Notes: generated by a model from the sequence alone, not told the origin. Counted from the first letter of the stretch, positions 9,111 through 20,200 are shown. The stretch is DNA of 64,000 nt from Akkermansia muciniphila (GCA_945867235.1 CAMBHS010000001.1:3839-67838); one strand, 5' to 3'. Program-made: numbers and translations.

Positions 9111-9875
9111 TCAAACGGTCCGCATCTGAATCGCAACCTGAATCATCCCATTCTCAGTCGGTGGGTCGATAAAGAGAGTTGTATCGTCATCAGGTGTCCT
9201 TGTCAGAAGAAGCGCGGTTTGTGGGATTGCTGAATCAACCGAAAGCGAGAACGGAACAACTTTCGATGGTGTGCCATTAAATGTGCGGAACCTTACCTCA
9301 TAGGTGATTTGTTCGAAGGCTAGAAATTTAATTTTGAGACGCTGTCGGTTATTATTTAACACCGGCGTGATCAGCACCTCAAAACTCATCTCCTCGATCT
9401 CGATGGAAATGAATCCTTGGTTTTCTGGAGTAACGGGAAATTTTATCAATGAGGAATTCGCGGGGCCTGTGACATAGGTTCCATCGATTTTGAACTTTGA
9501 ACTATGGCAGGGGCATGTCATGAAGCCGACTGTGGGTTTATACGTGCCAACCACACAGCCAGAATGGGGACACCGTGCGTCCACAGCGGAATAATTGTTG
9601 GATGTTCCTCGATTGATGATGACTGGAGGATATAACCCGACTGGATTCTTATCACTACCGATGGAACTACTCCCCAACCTTAATGATCCATTTGCAACTC
9701 CTAGCACAGGAAAATCAGAAATCTTGAGTTTGATCAGCCCTTTGGAGGTGGCTCCAGCGGCGTGCAACTGCCCGGTAATGGACTGACTCATCACTTTCTC
9801 GCCAACGACTGAAAGTGCACTCCCCCAAAGGATAGATTTTATGATTGTTCGCCGAGTCAATGAAGGGGAATACAT
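9111..9875 (-). CDS. Tat-exported Rieske [2Fe-2S] domain protein with an uncharacterised C-terminal domain
   Basis: From the ATG at 9875: MYSPSLTRRTIIKSILWGSALSVVG, a twin-arginine signal. Rieske ligands are CPHSGC (C-x-H) and CPCHSSKF (C-x-x-H). The last ~110 aa (ISIEIEEMSFEVLITPV...IQVAIQMRTV) match nothing I recognise. The track start at 9896 is TTG. Confidence 0.7.
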   Translation of the reverse strand: MYSPSLTRRTIIKSILWGSALSVVGEKVMSQSITGQLHAAGATSKGLIKLKISDFPVLGVANGSLRLGSSSIGSDKNPVGLYPPVIINRGTSNNYSAVDARCPHSGCVVGTYKPTVGFMTCPCHSSKFKIDGTYVTGPANSSLIKFPVTPENQGFISIEIEEMSFEVLITPVLNNNRQRLKIKFLAFEQITYEVRFRTFNGTPSKVVPFSLSVDSAIPQTALLLTRTPDDDTTLFIDPPTENGMIQVAIQMRTV

Positions 9876-9983
9876 ATCGCTATATTGCTCAACCAAATTG
9901 GGAAATCAAGTCTGTCTGCAACGTAGGAAAAGTGATGTGAGTCCATTTGACACTCCAAATTTCCACCATTAGTCTCATTGGTT

Positions 9984-10337
9984 ATGGAATCTGGTAATCT
10001 AGTTGATCCCAACGTGGTGACTCTTACAGTGCAGGCTATTGCTGAAGCTAAAAATCTATTAGCAAAAGAAACGGATGCATCACGAAAGGGATTGCGAATT
10101 TATGTAGAAAAAGGTGGCTGCTCTGGAATGCAGTATGGCCTGGTTTTTGACGAAAAAAGGGAAAACGACCTCTGCACTCTATTCACCGATGTTCCAGTAT
10201 TCATAGACCCGATCAGTGCCGATTTCCTTCGTGGAACCGTGGTAGATTTCAGCGACTCACTCACCGGTGGCGGATTCAAAATTTCAAATCCACAAGCTCG
10301 TCAATCGTGCGGATGCGGAAAATCTTTTGAAACTTAA
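9984..10337 (+). CDS. A-type iron-sulfur cluster carrier (IscA/ErpA/HesB family)
   Basis: GLRIYVEKGGCSGMQYGLVFDE plus the C-terminal CGCGKSF give the three conserved Cys of HesB/IscA. The first ATG is at 9984; the track start at 9978 is TTG. Confidence 0.85.
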   Translation: MESGNLVDPNVVTLTVQAIAEAKNLLAKETDASRKGLRIYVEKGGCSGMQYGLVFDEKRENDLCTLFTDVPVFIDPISADFLRGTVVDFSDSLTGGGFKISNPQARQSCGCGKSFET

Positions 10338-10385
10338 CTGCAAGAGCAGTTACCCACTCACCGCGCGACCATCAAGCACGATTTC

Positions 10386-11591
10386 TTATTTGGTATCGGA
10401 AATCCCAGGGAAGTCAGGGGGAAGTCCGGGAATGCTTAAAGGGTTAACCGCACTATTGGGTTTTTTGTCGTCCTTCATGTCCGCAAACAGATCTTTCCTT
10501 TGTTTGAGCAGGGGCTCTACGACATACTTTGACACTTCAAACACCCACTTTTCCAAGGCTTTCTCAGTTTTTAACTTTCCGTCGAGTTTGGCCAAACCTT
10601 CTTGAAACTCCTTGTCTAATTTCTCCTTGTCCTCAGGTTTTTCATCGGTGCCTTTAATTCTTTCTTTGGGATAATTAGCTTCAACAACAATGCTTAATTG
10701 ATAGGTGTCATCCGATGAGGTTTTTCCTATTCTCAAGTTGTATGTAAAATTTTCAAAGGTCTCAATTTTTGCCAATGTCAGATTAGTCATGGCAGCATCG
10801 GTTCCGAGCACATCATTAAAGCTTGGAAAACTAAAAGAATTTCCGGGTCCACCGGCCTTGGATTGGTCTAAAACTTCCCCTTCTTTTACATCGGCAAGTT
10901 TAAGTTCTCCCCCTTCTTTCTCTCTCGATAAATGCCAGGCAATTGCATTATTTGTAGTTACCGAAACTGATTTGATTTTTTCAATTTTGAAGAAGTCCTT
11001 ATTTAACCAACGGTCAGGTTTTGTATCCAGCGATTCAAATGTTTCTCCAACCAAGTAGACCTTCGCAAGTTTAGCATCCGGGACTCGGACGTAGCGGCCA
11101 ACAGGGAATCCACCACCACCCATGGGGGAGCTGTCCCCAGAACTGCGGGTGTATTTCTTTCCCAACGTCAGGCTTTGTAGAGTTTTTCCATCTTTATCTT
11201 GGAACTCTACTAACATGCCAGAATTCGTAGCTTTTTCGGATAGATTTAATTCGAGCCTCTCTAACTGGGATTCCCCGACCTTTTCTTCGCGCATCGGTTT
11301 TAATTCCCAAACGTTGCGTAAAAGATCCGAAACTTCCGTAAAATTAGCAGGGTAACCTGACCGTTCCTTTACTCGCCAGACTTCCTCGACTTTTTGCAAA
11401 TTGATTTCCGTTGAGGATTGTTTGATGTGCACTCCCGCTACATCATTCAAAGGGAAATTGGTAAAAACTTTTTGGGCGACTGTGGCGTCCGTAGTTTTGT
11501 AAGAATTCTTCTGGGAACGCAAAACCCAAAGGCCACATCCTCCTACGATTAATCCCAAGACGACTAAGATCTGAAACTGTTTCCGATTCAT
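10386..11591 (-). CDS. DUF4340-like periplasmic protein, fourth gene of the GldA/F/G-type ABC module
   Basis: N-terminal membrane anchor (QILVVLGLIVGGCGLWVL). Repeated 'W.v..r.g.pA....v..ll..l..lk' units include VWRVKERSGYPANFTEVSDLLRNVWELK. There is a 4-nt overlap with the upstream GldG-like gene. The family call is from pattern memory, not a search. Confidence 0.55.
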   Translation of the reverse strand: MNRKQFQILVVLGLIVGGCGLWVLRSQKNSYKTTDATVAQKVFTNFPLNDVAGVHIKQSSTEINLQKVEEVWRVKERSGYPANFTEVSDLLRNVWELKPMREEKVGESQLERLELNLSEKATNSGMLVEFQDKDGKTLQSLTLGKKYTRSSGDSSPMGGGGFPVGRYVRVPDAKLAKVYLVGETFESLDTKPDRWLNKDFFKIEKIKSVSVTTNNAIAWHLSREKEGGELKLADVKEGEVLDQSKAGGPGNSFSFPSFNDVLGTDAAMTNLTLAKIETFENFTYNLRIGKTSSDDTYQLSIVVEANYPKERIKGTDEKPEDKEKLDKEFQEGLAKLDGKLKTEKALEKWVFEVSKYVVEPLLKQRKDLFADMKDDKKPNSAVNPLSIPGLPPDFPGISDTK

Positions 11592-13492
11592 TTGGCGGCG
11601 GTGATTTTACGTTTAAAAATAGCAAATCCCAAGCCTGTGAGAGTCACAAGAAAAGGGATTCCGAGAATATTCAACCACTTTAAGCGGTTTTCCAACGAGT
11701 CTATGTCTTGGCGCAGATTTTTTCGTTCCACTCGGAGTTCGCGTTTAGCGGAAAGCTGTTTTTTCTGAAAACTGGCTATTTCAGATTGTTGTTCAGGGGA
11801 GAGAATAAAACGCTGTTGTGCTCCGCCGCCTTCCTTTGTGCGCTGTAATTCACTTAATCGAGTCTGTGTATCGGCCAAGCTTTTCTCCAAATCTTTGATT
11901 TTAGTGCGATAACGATCCTCGGCAGCAGCTTGTATCGCCCGGACTCGGGTGAATGGGCGTGTCATTGTGGCGCGACTACGAATGCCAATAAGGTTTTGAT
12001 CGCCCGCCATTTGATCGACAATATTTTGTAGAAGATTCAGGTTTCCATTGCGTGGGAAAAACATTTTCTGACCCATGAAATCTTGCACCTGGCCTGCAAA
12101 CTGTTCGTATAGCAAATCTGAATCACCCACCAGTACCACACTTGTTTCCTTGGTTGATTCCTTCAGTGAAGTGTTGTTTGTGCTCGCATCTGGTTTTGCA
12201 ACTGCATCGACGGGGGCACCATCAGGGAATGCTGTTTTGAAATTTCCAGTAATCCGAAGTGCAATTTTTTGCGCTTTTCCCGAAGGAGTAAAATTTTTGG
12301 ATACTTGATCCCCTGAATACTCAGCCATGAATTTTTCGATGATTTGCGACTGAGTGGAACTCTGCAATAACACTGTTTCCTTTAAGCCTTCCTTAAGTGT
12401 ACCTGTGAAAACCCCGGCGAATGGTATCAACAAACTATCAATTTGGCTCGTTGCCACGTCATTAGTATTAACAGCTTGGGCATTGAGAGTCAGCACGGCC
12501 GGAGAAGATTCAGCTCGTTGCCCCCGGTTGATTTTGGTTTCGTATATTTTGTCGGCAACAACCTTCGCTGAATCGAATTCTAGTCCCCATGCTTTGACTA
12601 ATTTGTCTAGATTGGATCCAGCCTGCATTGCCCCCTGCATTGGATTCTGCTGGGGTGTATTGCGGGTGTCGATAATGGACATCGGATCAAGAAACGCGAT
12701 AAGTTTGCCCCCATTCATTAGAAACTGATCAATCATGAACTGGGCTTTGTCAGTGATGCCCTTCGGGTGAATTACGACCAACACTTTGATATCGTCACTA
12801 ATAGTTTCCGAGGTCATTGGAACCTCATTCACGGTGTAGTCTTTTTTTAATTCACTTACGAAAATCCAAGGATCTTGGCGTCCACCTCCCATGCGGGCAG
12901 CCATGGGATTGGACTCACCGAACACAGGTAACCCGCTCATAATGCCGATCACCGTCTTTTGGGGGTTTGTTACCGTGGAAATAGCACGTGCTAAATCGTA
13001 TTCCAGTAATCGTTCACGCTGGGGAGTCAGAAACGGGAGAGTGGTATTTGCTTCCAACATGCTGACTGCTAATCCGAGGTATAGTTTGTCTCCGAAACCC
13101 ATTCCCATGGCCTGACCTTCGACCCCGTCCTTCATCGCTTGTTCTTCGGCATCTGAATCGGGCTGTGGATCATATTTCTTGATCTCGATATTATTGCCAG
13201 CAACCTTTTTGAATTCACCAAGCAAATCCTCGACCCTTTGGGAATATGTCTTTAACTCCACGGGCATGTCCTTGCCTTGGGAGCTATAGAATCGCACTTG
13301 GACAGGGGTGTCTAATTTACGAAGGATCGCTTTGGTTCCCGCTGAAAGAGTGTACAGCTTTTCCTCGGTCATGTCGACACGGAGTGCCGCGACATGGGAC
13401 ACGATATAAATGCCGATACAAATGACCAGCATGATCCCAACACCAACGATGGAAAACAACCAATTGCCTATGTTTTTAGTACTCGCGCTCAT
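11588..13492 (-). CDS. GldG-like ABC-transporter auxiliary component
   Basis: N-terminal TM, then DMTEEKLYTLSAGTKAILRKLDTPVQVRFYSS, the typical GldG-family opening. A C-terminal coiled coil and TM anchor follow (NILGIPFLVTLTGLGFAIF). It sits directly downstream of the ABC-2 permease. I prefer the ATG at 13492; the track start at 13498 is GTG. Confidence 0.7.
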   Translation of the reverse strand: MSASTKNIGNWLFSIVGVGIMLVICIGIYIVSHVAALRVDMTEEKLYTLSAGTKAILRKLDTPVQVRFYSSQGKDMPVELKTYSQRVEDLLGEFKKVAGNNIEIKKYDPQPDSDAEEQAMKDGVEGQAMGMGFGDKLYLGLAVSMLEANTTLPFLTPQRERLLEYDLARAISTVTNPQKTVIGIMSGLPVFGESNPMAARMGGGRQDPWIFVSELKKDYTVNEVPMTSETISDDIKVLVVIHPKGITDKAQFMIDQFLMNGGKLIAFLDPMSIIDTRNTPQQNPMQGAMQAGSNLDKLVKAWGLEFDSAKVVADKIYETKINRGQRAESSPAVLTLNAQAVNTNDVATSQIDSLLIPFAGVFTGTLKEGLKETVLLQSSTQSQIIEKFMAEYSGDQVSKNFTPSGKAQKIALRITGNFKTAFPDGAPVDAVAKPDASTNNTSLKESTKETSVVLVGDSDLLYEQFAGQVQDFMGQKMFFPRNGNLNLLQNIVDQMAGDQNLIGIRSRATMTRPFTRVRAIQAAAEDRYRTKIKDLEKSLADTQTRLSELQRTKEGGGAQQRFILSPEQQSEIASFQKKQLSAKRELRVERKNLRQDIDSLENRLKWLNILGIPFLVTLTGLGFAIFKRKITAAK

Positions 13493-13528
13493 GGCCACGT
13501 TTGCAAATAAAATAATTGAAAGTCTTGT

Positions 13529-14275
13529 TTAACCAGCTCGGTGTGAGCGGATGATAATGCTCGTCGTGAACAACGAAAAACCAATGATCGCTGCAAAAAA
13601 CACGATATCGCGAAGGTCGATGGTTCCCTTCTGAAATCCTTCGAAATGAGTCATGACACTGAAAGCTGCCACGGTCTCTACGAGACGGGGATTATCCGAA
13701 ATTTGATCCAGCAATCGCGTCACCGGAGGCCAACCTGCAAGAATCAAAAATAAGGACATCACCACGGAAAGAATGAAACTGACCACCTGATTCCGAGTCA
13801 TCGCCGAAGTCATACAACTGATCGCCAGGTAGGCTCCTGCCAATAACAGACTCCCTAAATAACTCGTTAACACCACCCCGTGATCCGGTGATCCTAGGTA
13901 ACTCACGGTTATCCATACAGGAAAAGTGAGTGCCAATGCCAATGCGAGGAACATCCACGATGCCACGAATTTTCCAACGATGGCTTGCCACGGCGTAATG
14001 GGCATGGTTAGCAATAGTTCCATGGTTCCCGAACGTCGTTCTTCTGACCAAAGTCTCATCCCTACCGAAGGAACCAAGAAAAGGTAAAGCCACGGATGCC
14101 ATAGAAAAAAGGACAACAGGCTTGCTTCATTGCGTTCAAAAAATCCCCCCGCCATGAAGGTGAAAAATCCGGCTAGCAATAAAAATATCACTATAAAAAC
14201 GTAAGCAACAGGCGACGCGAAATAGCCTGACAACTCACGTTTTGTAATCGTCTTGATAACGCTAAAAGAATTCAT
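13529..14275 (-). CDS. ABC-2 type transporter permease (GldF-like)
   Basis: 248 aa with about six TM segments. N-terminus ITKRELSGYFASPVAYVFIVIFLLLAGFF is typical of ABC-2 permeases. There is a 4-nt overlap (ATGA) with the ATPase gene. Confidence 0.8.
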   Translation of the reverse strand: MNSFSVIKTITKRELSGYFASPVAYVFIVIFLLLAGFFTFMAGGFFERNEASLLSFFLWHPWLYLFLVPSVGMRLWSEERRSGTMELLLTMPITPWQAIVGKFVASWMFLALALALTFPVWITVSYLGSPDHGVVLTSYLGSLLLAGAYLAISCMTSAMTRNQVVSFILSVVMSLFLILAGWPPVTRLLDQISDNPRLVETVAAFSVMTHFEGFQKGTIDLRDIVFFAAIIGFSLFTTSIIIRSHRAG

Positions 14276-15237
14276 TTCCGTCCCTCCTGTACTGTTTCAG
14301 GTAAAGTTATCGTTCTAAACACTTCGTCGAGGCGACCTTCTTCAATATGAAGTTCCTCAACGCCCCATTTTTCTTGCAACGCCATATTTCCCAAAGCACC
14401 GGCCAATACCTCAGCCGCTGATTTAGAATTCGGATAAATGCGGACAATCGACCCGATAGGATCATCTTTGACTATCAACACTTTTCGAACACCTTGAACG
14501 TTCGAAGCTTTTTCCTTAAGGATTTGGGCAGAAACTCCCTGAACCTTAAATGTGATCGCTCCGGCTAATTCGGATCTCATTTTTAATTCCGAAGGCGTTC
14601 CGTTGGCCACCACTTGTCCTCGGTCAATAATGATAGCGCGAGAGCAGACCGACTCCACTTCTTCCAAAATATGAGTAGAAAAGATGATGGCTTTCGTCTC
14701 ACCCATCCGCCGAATCAATGTGCGGACTTCGTGTTTTTGGTTGGGATCCAATCCGTCTGTTGGTTCATCAAGAATCAGAACCTCAGGATTGTGAATGATG
14801 GATTGGGCAAAGCAGGTACGATGTCTGAACCCCTTTGAAAGGGTCTCAATACTTTGATGAAGAACTCCTTCGAGGAAGCACATTTCGACAACTCGATGCA
14901 CCGCCTTTTTAAGTTCCATTCCTTGCAGACCTCGGATTTCCGCCGTAAAGGTAAGGAATCCATGGACCGTCATGTCGTTGTAGGAAGGGGCGTTTTCAGG
15001 TAGATACCCAATCAACTGTTTTGCGGGTATAGCGCTTTCCACGATATCATGGCCACCCACGGAAACAGATCCTGAGCTAGGGGGGATAAACCCCGTGATC
15101 ATACGCATGGTGGTTGATTTTCCGGCACCGTTGGGTCCCAAAAAACCAAGCACTTCTCCACGTTCGACCGTGAAGGACACGCCATTAACAGCCAATTTAG
15201 GGCCGAACGACTTCGTCAAATTTTGCACTTTAATCAT
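14272..15237 (-). CDS. ABC transporter ATP-binding protein (GldA-like)
   Basis: From the ATG at 15237: MIKVQNLTKSFG... Walker A GPNGAGKST, signature LSKGFRHR and Walker B LILDEPTDGLD are present. The 20-aa upstream extension in the track is not ABC-like. Confidence 0.9.
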   Translation of the reverse strand: MIKVQNLTKSFGPKLAVNGVSFTVERGEVLGFLGPNGAGKSTTMRMITGFIPPSSGSVSVGGHDIVESAIPAKQLIGYLPENAPSYNDMTVHGFLTFTAEIRGLQGMELKKAVHRVVEMCFLEGVLHQSIETLSKGFRHRTCFAQSIIHNPEVLILDEPTDGLDPNQKHEVRTLIRRMGETKAIIFSTHILEEVESVCSRAIIIDRGQVVANGTPSELKMRSELAGAITFKVQGVSAQILKEKASNVQGVRKVLIVKDDPIGSIVRIYPNSKSAAEVLAGALGNMALQEKWGVEELHIEEGRLDEVFRTITLPETVQEGRK

Positions 15238-15464
15238 GCAGAAACTCCGAATCAAACTTTGAGCGATCCATAACAAACACGACCAATTTTTCAGCACCCA
15301 CCGAATGGTGCAATTTTTGTCCGCTTGATATCGCCTACTCCAATTGTTCTGTCAAACTGTTTTTGATCTTAACGAGGTTGGAAAACGCCAATAATGCTTG
15401 TCGGTAAACAGGTTTCCCATTTTGAATATCAGTTCCAGGGCGGAATAAAAACTCATTGTTTTGG

Positions 15465-15995
15465 TTACTGGATCGGCAGGTGTAACAGCGATGCACGTTC
15501 CTTTTTCAATAGCATTTCTTTGATGCGAACTCCCCAACGGTAACCTGAAAGACTCCCGTTCTTGCAAACCACTCGATGGCAGGGAATTGCCAAGGCAATT
15601 TTATTAGCACCACAAGCTCGCGCGACGGCCCGAACCGATCGTGGAGAATTAATCATTGCAGCAATTTCCATGTAGCTGACCGTGTGTCCCAGTGGAATTC
15701 TCTGGATCGCCTCCCAAACCTTGGATTGAAATGGAGTTCCACGTGGGTCGATTCTCAGAGGAATCCCGATATTAGGCGACGCGATGTAGCGAGTTAGAAA
15801 CTGCATCTCCTGAGATGATTGCACTCCGCCTTCAAAAATATGCGAGTGAGGAAATTCCTTTTGAAGAGTGTCCAAGTTGTTTTGGAGACATTCATTCAAC
15901 GAAATAAAGCATATGCCTTTTGTGGTAGAAGCGACAAATACAGAACCCAATTCAGAGGTTCCTTCGCAAAATACGATGGATTCTCCCACGTTCAT
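15465..15995 (-). CDS. ogt: methylated-DNA--protein-cysteine methyltransferase
   Basis: Active-site IPCHRVV followed by GSLSGYRWG, with the HTH region TVSYMEIAAMINSPRSVRAVARACGAN. Confidence 0.9.
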   Translation of the reverse strand: MNVGESIVFCEGTSELGSVFVASTTKGICFISLNECLQNNLDTLQKEFPHSHIFEGGVQSSQEMQFLTRYIASPNIGIPLRIDPRGTPFQSKVWEAIQRIPLGHTVSYMEIAAMINSPRSVRAVARACGANKIALAIPCHRVVCKNGSLSGYRWGVRIKEMLLKKERASLLHLPIQ

Positions 15996-16059
15996 TTTTA
16001 TCAGTTATAACCTGATATCTCCGAACCAACCTCGGTTTCAACCCTCACCATTGCGAGTA

Positions 16060-17133
16060 TCAAATCCTTACTTTGAATTGCTCGTTGTTTTTCAATGACA
16101 GCGCGAACGCAACCATCAATTCGGATATTTGTTCGAGATCCAACAGGTTCACCATCTCTACAGGGGAATGCATGTAGCGATTCGGGAGGCTTATCAATGC
16201 ACTTGGGATGCCTCCGCGTGTCCAAAAAATTACATCCGTATCCGTTCCGCTTGTGGCGGACATCGCTTCGTGTTGGAGTTTTATTTTAGAGGACGCGGCG
16301 ACTTTTTCCAGACGCCGTACAACCTCAATGTGATTACACCCACCATGGGTCAAAGCGGGTCCACAACCTAAGCGGATATCTCCATGCTGGATTTTGCTGA
16401 CTGTTGGATAATCGGTGGCATGGGTGACATCAACAACGAGTGCCACGTCGGGCTTCAAGGCGTAAGCGATTTGTCGTGCTCCGAGCAAACCTACTTCCTC
16501 CATGATATTGGAAACGCCGCACACCTCCACTTTCAATTTTTTGATTTGTGGAGCAAGCAATCGTAACGTTTCGGCGACAGCGAACGTGCCAATACGGTTA
16601 TCAAACGCCCTTCCAACGGCAAGGTCACCACGCAACAGATCGAATTGGTCAGCCAAGGTGATCGGGTCACCGATCCGGACGAGTTTTTCCGCGTCTTTTC
16701 GAGACGAAGCTCCGATGTCGATAAACAGGTCTTCAATTTTGGGAACTTTTCGTTCGCCTTCCTGTTTCGTCAGATGCGGGGCTACATTGCCTACCACTCC
16801 CTTAACTAATCCATTTGCGGAATGAAGATGGACGCGTTGAGCTTTCGTGATAGCGGCATCGACGCCCCCCAAACGGCGCACGTAAATAAATCCGTTATCA
16901 TCGATATAGTTAACCACCATACCAATTTCATCGGCATGAGCGGCTAGCATGAGGCGGGAGCCTCCGCATCCTTTATTCAACCATGCGACGACATTTCCGT
17001 AGGCATCACTTTGAATGTCGTCGGTATAGGATTGCACATAATCCATCCAGACTCTCTGTCCTCGAGCCTCGTGTCCGGATGGGCTAGGGGTGTTGACTAA
17101 TGTTTCAAGGAATTTGAGGGATTCTTGGCGCAT
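16060..17133 (-). CDS. M42-family aminopeptidase (FrvX/YsdC-like)
   Basis: From the ATG at 17133: MRQESLKFLETLVNTPSPSGHE. Metal-ligand blocks are LMLAAHADEIGMVV, GRAFDNRIG, MEEVGLLGA and SGTDTD. Confidence 0.85.
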   Translation of the reverse strand: MRQESLKFLETLVNTPSPSGHEARGQRVWMDYVQSYTDDIQSDAYGNVVAWLNKGCGGSRLMLAAHADEIGMVVNYIDDNGFIYVRRLGGVDAAITKAQRVHLHSANGLVKGVVGNVAPHLTKQEGERKVPKIEDLFIDIGASSRKDAEKLVRIGDPITLADQFDLLRGDLAVGRAFDNRIGTFAVAETLRLLAPQIKKLKVEVCGVSNIMEEVGLLGARQIAYALKPDVALVVDVTHATDYPTVSKIQHGDIRLGCGPALTHGGCNHIEVVRRLEKVAASSKIKLQHEAMSATSGTDTDVIFWTRGGIPSALISLPNRYMHSPVEMVNLLDLEQISELMVAFALSLKNNEQFKVRI

Positions 17134-17201
17134 AGGGCAAAAAAATTTCTGATACCTCGATCCCCCCATTGCAATGGGGAGATCGCAGGAAATCATTCAT
17201 G

Positions 17202-20200
17202 CTATTTAGGTGCCACCATGGTTTGGAACTCAGGTAAGTTCCGAAGGTTGACGAAGGTGGGGTCGGTCAAAGCCTCTTGCAAAAGGTTTTTTGCCGTTGG
17301 CTGTGTCATCAATCTCGTCTGACTGAGTCCGACGGCTTTAGCCAATGATACTAATGCGGCTTCCGGTTTATTCACCATCACTTGAGAACGGGCGTAATCA
17401 AACCAGGCCTCTGCATTATCAGGCATGATCGCGACGATGCGACCAAGTGCTTCTTCGAGTCCAGGCATGTTTTGCAACTGGGAATATGCCTGAGCAACAG
17501 AGAGCAACATGCGTGCGTCCGCTCCGGGCATTTTAACCAACTTGTCAAATATCTGAACCGCCTGATTTGTTTTCTGAAGCTGAACATAGGCTGAAGCCAG
17601 CTTAAACACATGTTCCAGATTCGTAGGGTTGGCTTGATATTGTTTTTCTAATTCAGCGACTTGTGAATTTGCTGATTGAACCCCTACCTGATGATCACGA
17701 ATGCCCTTCAGTTGTTCGGCAAGCTGCGCGATACTTTGACTTTCTGGATCGAACATCAAACAGGTTCTTGCGACGAGTTCTGCGTCCCCAGCACGATTTA
17801 AGTTCACGAGTAGGTTCACATATTTGTAGACCGCCTCTGGGCTGAATGGACAGAATGCGAAAGACTGGCGCAAAGCAAATTCAGCTTCCTTCAACATGCG
17901 TTGGTTTTCCCCAACGTTTTTGGAATTGCTGACTCTCCAGTAATACAATCCCCCTTGGGCGGACCTGAGTTTTGAGAAAGCCTTCTGGGCGTTATCATCT
18001 CTCACGAACTTTGGGTCTCCTTTGAAACCGTTGAGATCGCGTCGGAGGTAGGTTCTTTCGGCAAAATCGCAGATTTCTTTCACCGTAGTATCATAAGTAA
18101 TCCAATTGCCGATAAGTCGTTCGGAATATCGAGACCAGAATTCATGATCTTTTTTAACGGCGTCCTCCGTCATCTCAGCGAGCGGTTCACGATTTATCTT
18201 CATGATGATTCCGAAAGGCGAGAGGTAGGGAAACATCCAGTCTAAGGCGAAACTTTCCTCGACGAAGAATTCATGATCTGGATTTTTGTCAAAGATCACT
18301 TTCGTGAGAAGACCATTGATTGCCATCACGGCTACTTGTCCTGATACAGAGATTTTATTGTCCACGACACGCACGTCTTCTCCGGGGCGAATCTGCTTCG
18401 GTTCGTTCGGGAACTGCATATCGTGTTGCAAGCGACGCTGGGCATCGCCGATATATTGTTGGAACGCGACCTGCGAATCCTCTGGTGTTGGGGTATTAAT
18501 CTCCTTCGGTGGATAAACTCCTTCCTTCCGTCTCCGATCTTCCATGTCTTTCCCAAATTTTGTGAAAAATGTGTCGAGTGGTTGGGAGAGTTTGGCGAGT
18601 AAATTTGTTTTTCCTTGTTCTTCCTCATTTGTTGAGCGCAGAAAATTGACGAAAAACGGGGGATCATTCTGAGCACTGCGATTGTAATGAGCGCGGATGT
18701 AGCTCAGGTAGGTTCCATCGGCTAGAGCGTTTTGGGTGATCAAGTAACAATCGCGTCGGTCAAATGCGGGATCGCGCCGTTTTTCCGGAGGAATGAAACT
18801 TTCGCAAAAAATCATGTAAGTCGGACAGAACCGTCCCGGATCGGTGCCCCCAAATATGATCGAACTTTTAGGCATTTCGGGGTAGATATCGAACGGGGGC
18901 GTGAACATGTCATGTCCAAACCAATAGCCGAACAGGTGACCGCGTTGTTCATTCGCCGACCAGTGAGCGAGGATCGATTGAAACGGCAACAGGGCAAACA
19001 AGCAGAGGATGGCAAAACGCGGAACTTTTGTGCGACCCACCAAAAACAAGGCTAGGGCAACCAAGGTTAATCCAAAAAGAAAGTAGGCATTGACCTTGTC
19101 GATAAGGAAAAGTGATTTGTTTTGAAAAATGCTGTAGAGAGCGAAGGCTGAGGCTACTGCGGTGCCGAGGATGATGTTTCGACGCACCGCCACATAATGG
19201 GTCGCGATGAGACCTCCGATCAGCGTGATCCCGTAGCCAACCCAGATCGCGATCATCACGTGGGAAGCAGTGAAGAACACCCGTGCTTGTTCGCTGGCCT
19301 GAAGGTCAGTCCCAGGGTTGAGCAGGATGAGAAGCAAGAACGCCAGTCCTATATAGATTGCCGTCAGTCCGATCATCCAATCCCGCTCCCGTTTTTGCAT
19401 GCGGGATAAAAACATGAACGGAACGATCGCAATGAGCAGGCATACCACAGTAAATTCATCGATGGCTCCCCCAACATACATGGCTACCTGTTGGAAAAGT
19501 TTGAAGGGATCGGAGGTCGGGGATGTTTTGTCATACTGCCCACGTGTCAACGCATGCCAGAATCCTTCCTCGGTTCTTGGATACCCCCAATTCATGGGAG
19601 GGTTGGTCATCGAGGCGATGGGCATATAAAAATAAAAGGCTGCTCCAACGAACCACATGGCCGCCATAATCAGAATGGGTTGGAGAGCTTCCCTCAATTT
19701 TTTGAAATTGAAATCCACGAGGTCTGTGAAAATCGCCGTGAATTGATCCATTGTTTTGACGATCATGTATAAGGCCACCAATCCAGACCCCACGCCTACC
19801 GCGTTAAAAATAAAAAACAGGGGGGGATTATTATCAAAGGACTGAATGATGCCTTTGCTTTTGGCAACCAACCCGAGGATATAAATCAGCGTGTTGGCGA
19901 TGAATAGATCTCTGCCAAGTCTTGGTGCCGCCATCAGGATGGCCACTTCCAGCCCCATCGCAGCGACAATGAGGGTCTGGTGATTGGTGATGCAAATACC
20001 AAACCAGAAGAACGCCAGGTAAAGGTGTCGAAGTTGGTGAGGCGCATACATCCAGCGAAGCAATGCGCAAAGTAGAAGCATCAACGATAGAACGCTGAAG
20101 GGATAAACCTCAACGATCACCGCCTGACTCCACATGAACCCATTAAATCCAAGCAGGCAACCCGCGACAAATCCAGCGACTAAACAGAGACCGTTCTCCC

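Noticed and set aside
15352-15567. 71-aa minus-strand ORF between ogt and the ABC operon
   Set aside because: It overlaps the 3' end of ogt in another frame. The non-overlapping remainder (~34 aa) has no signal, motif or RBS, so this is more likely the promoter/5'-UTR region of the ABC operon.
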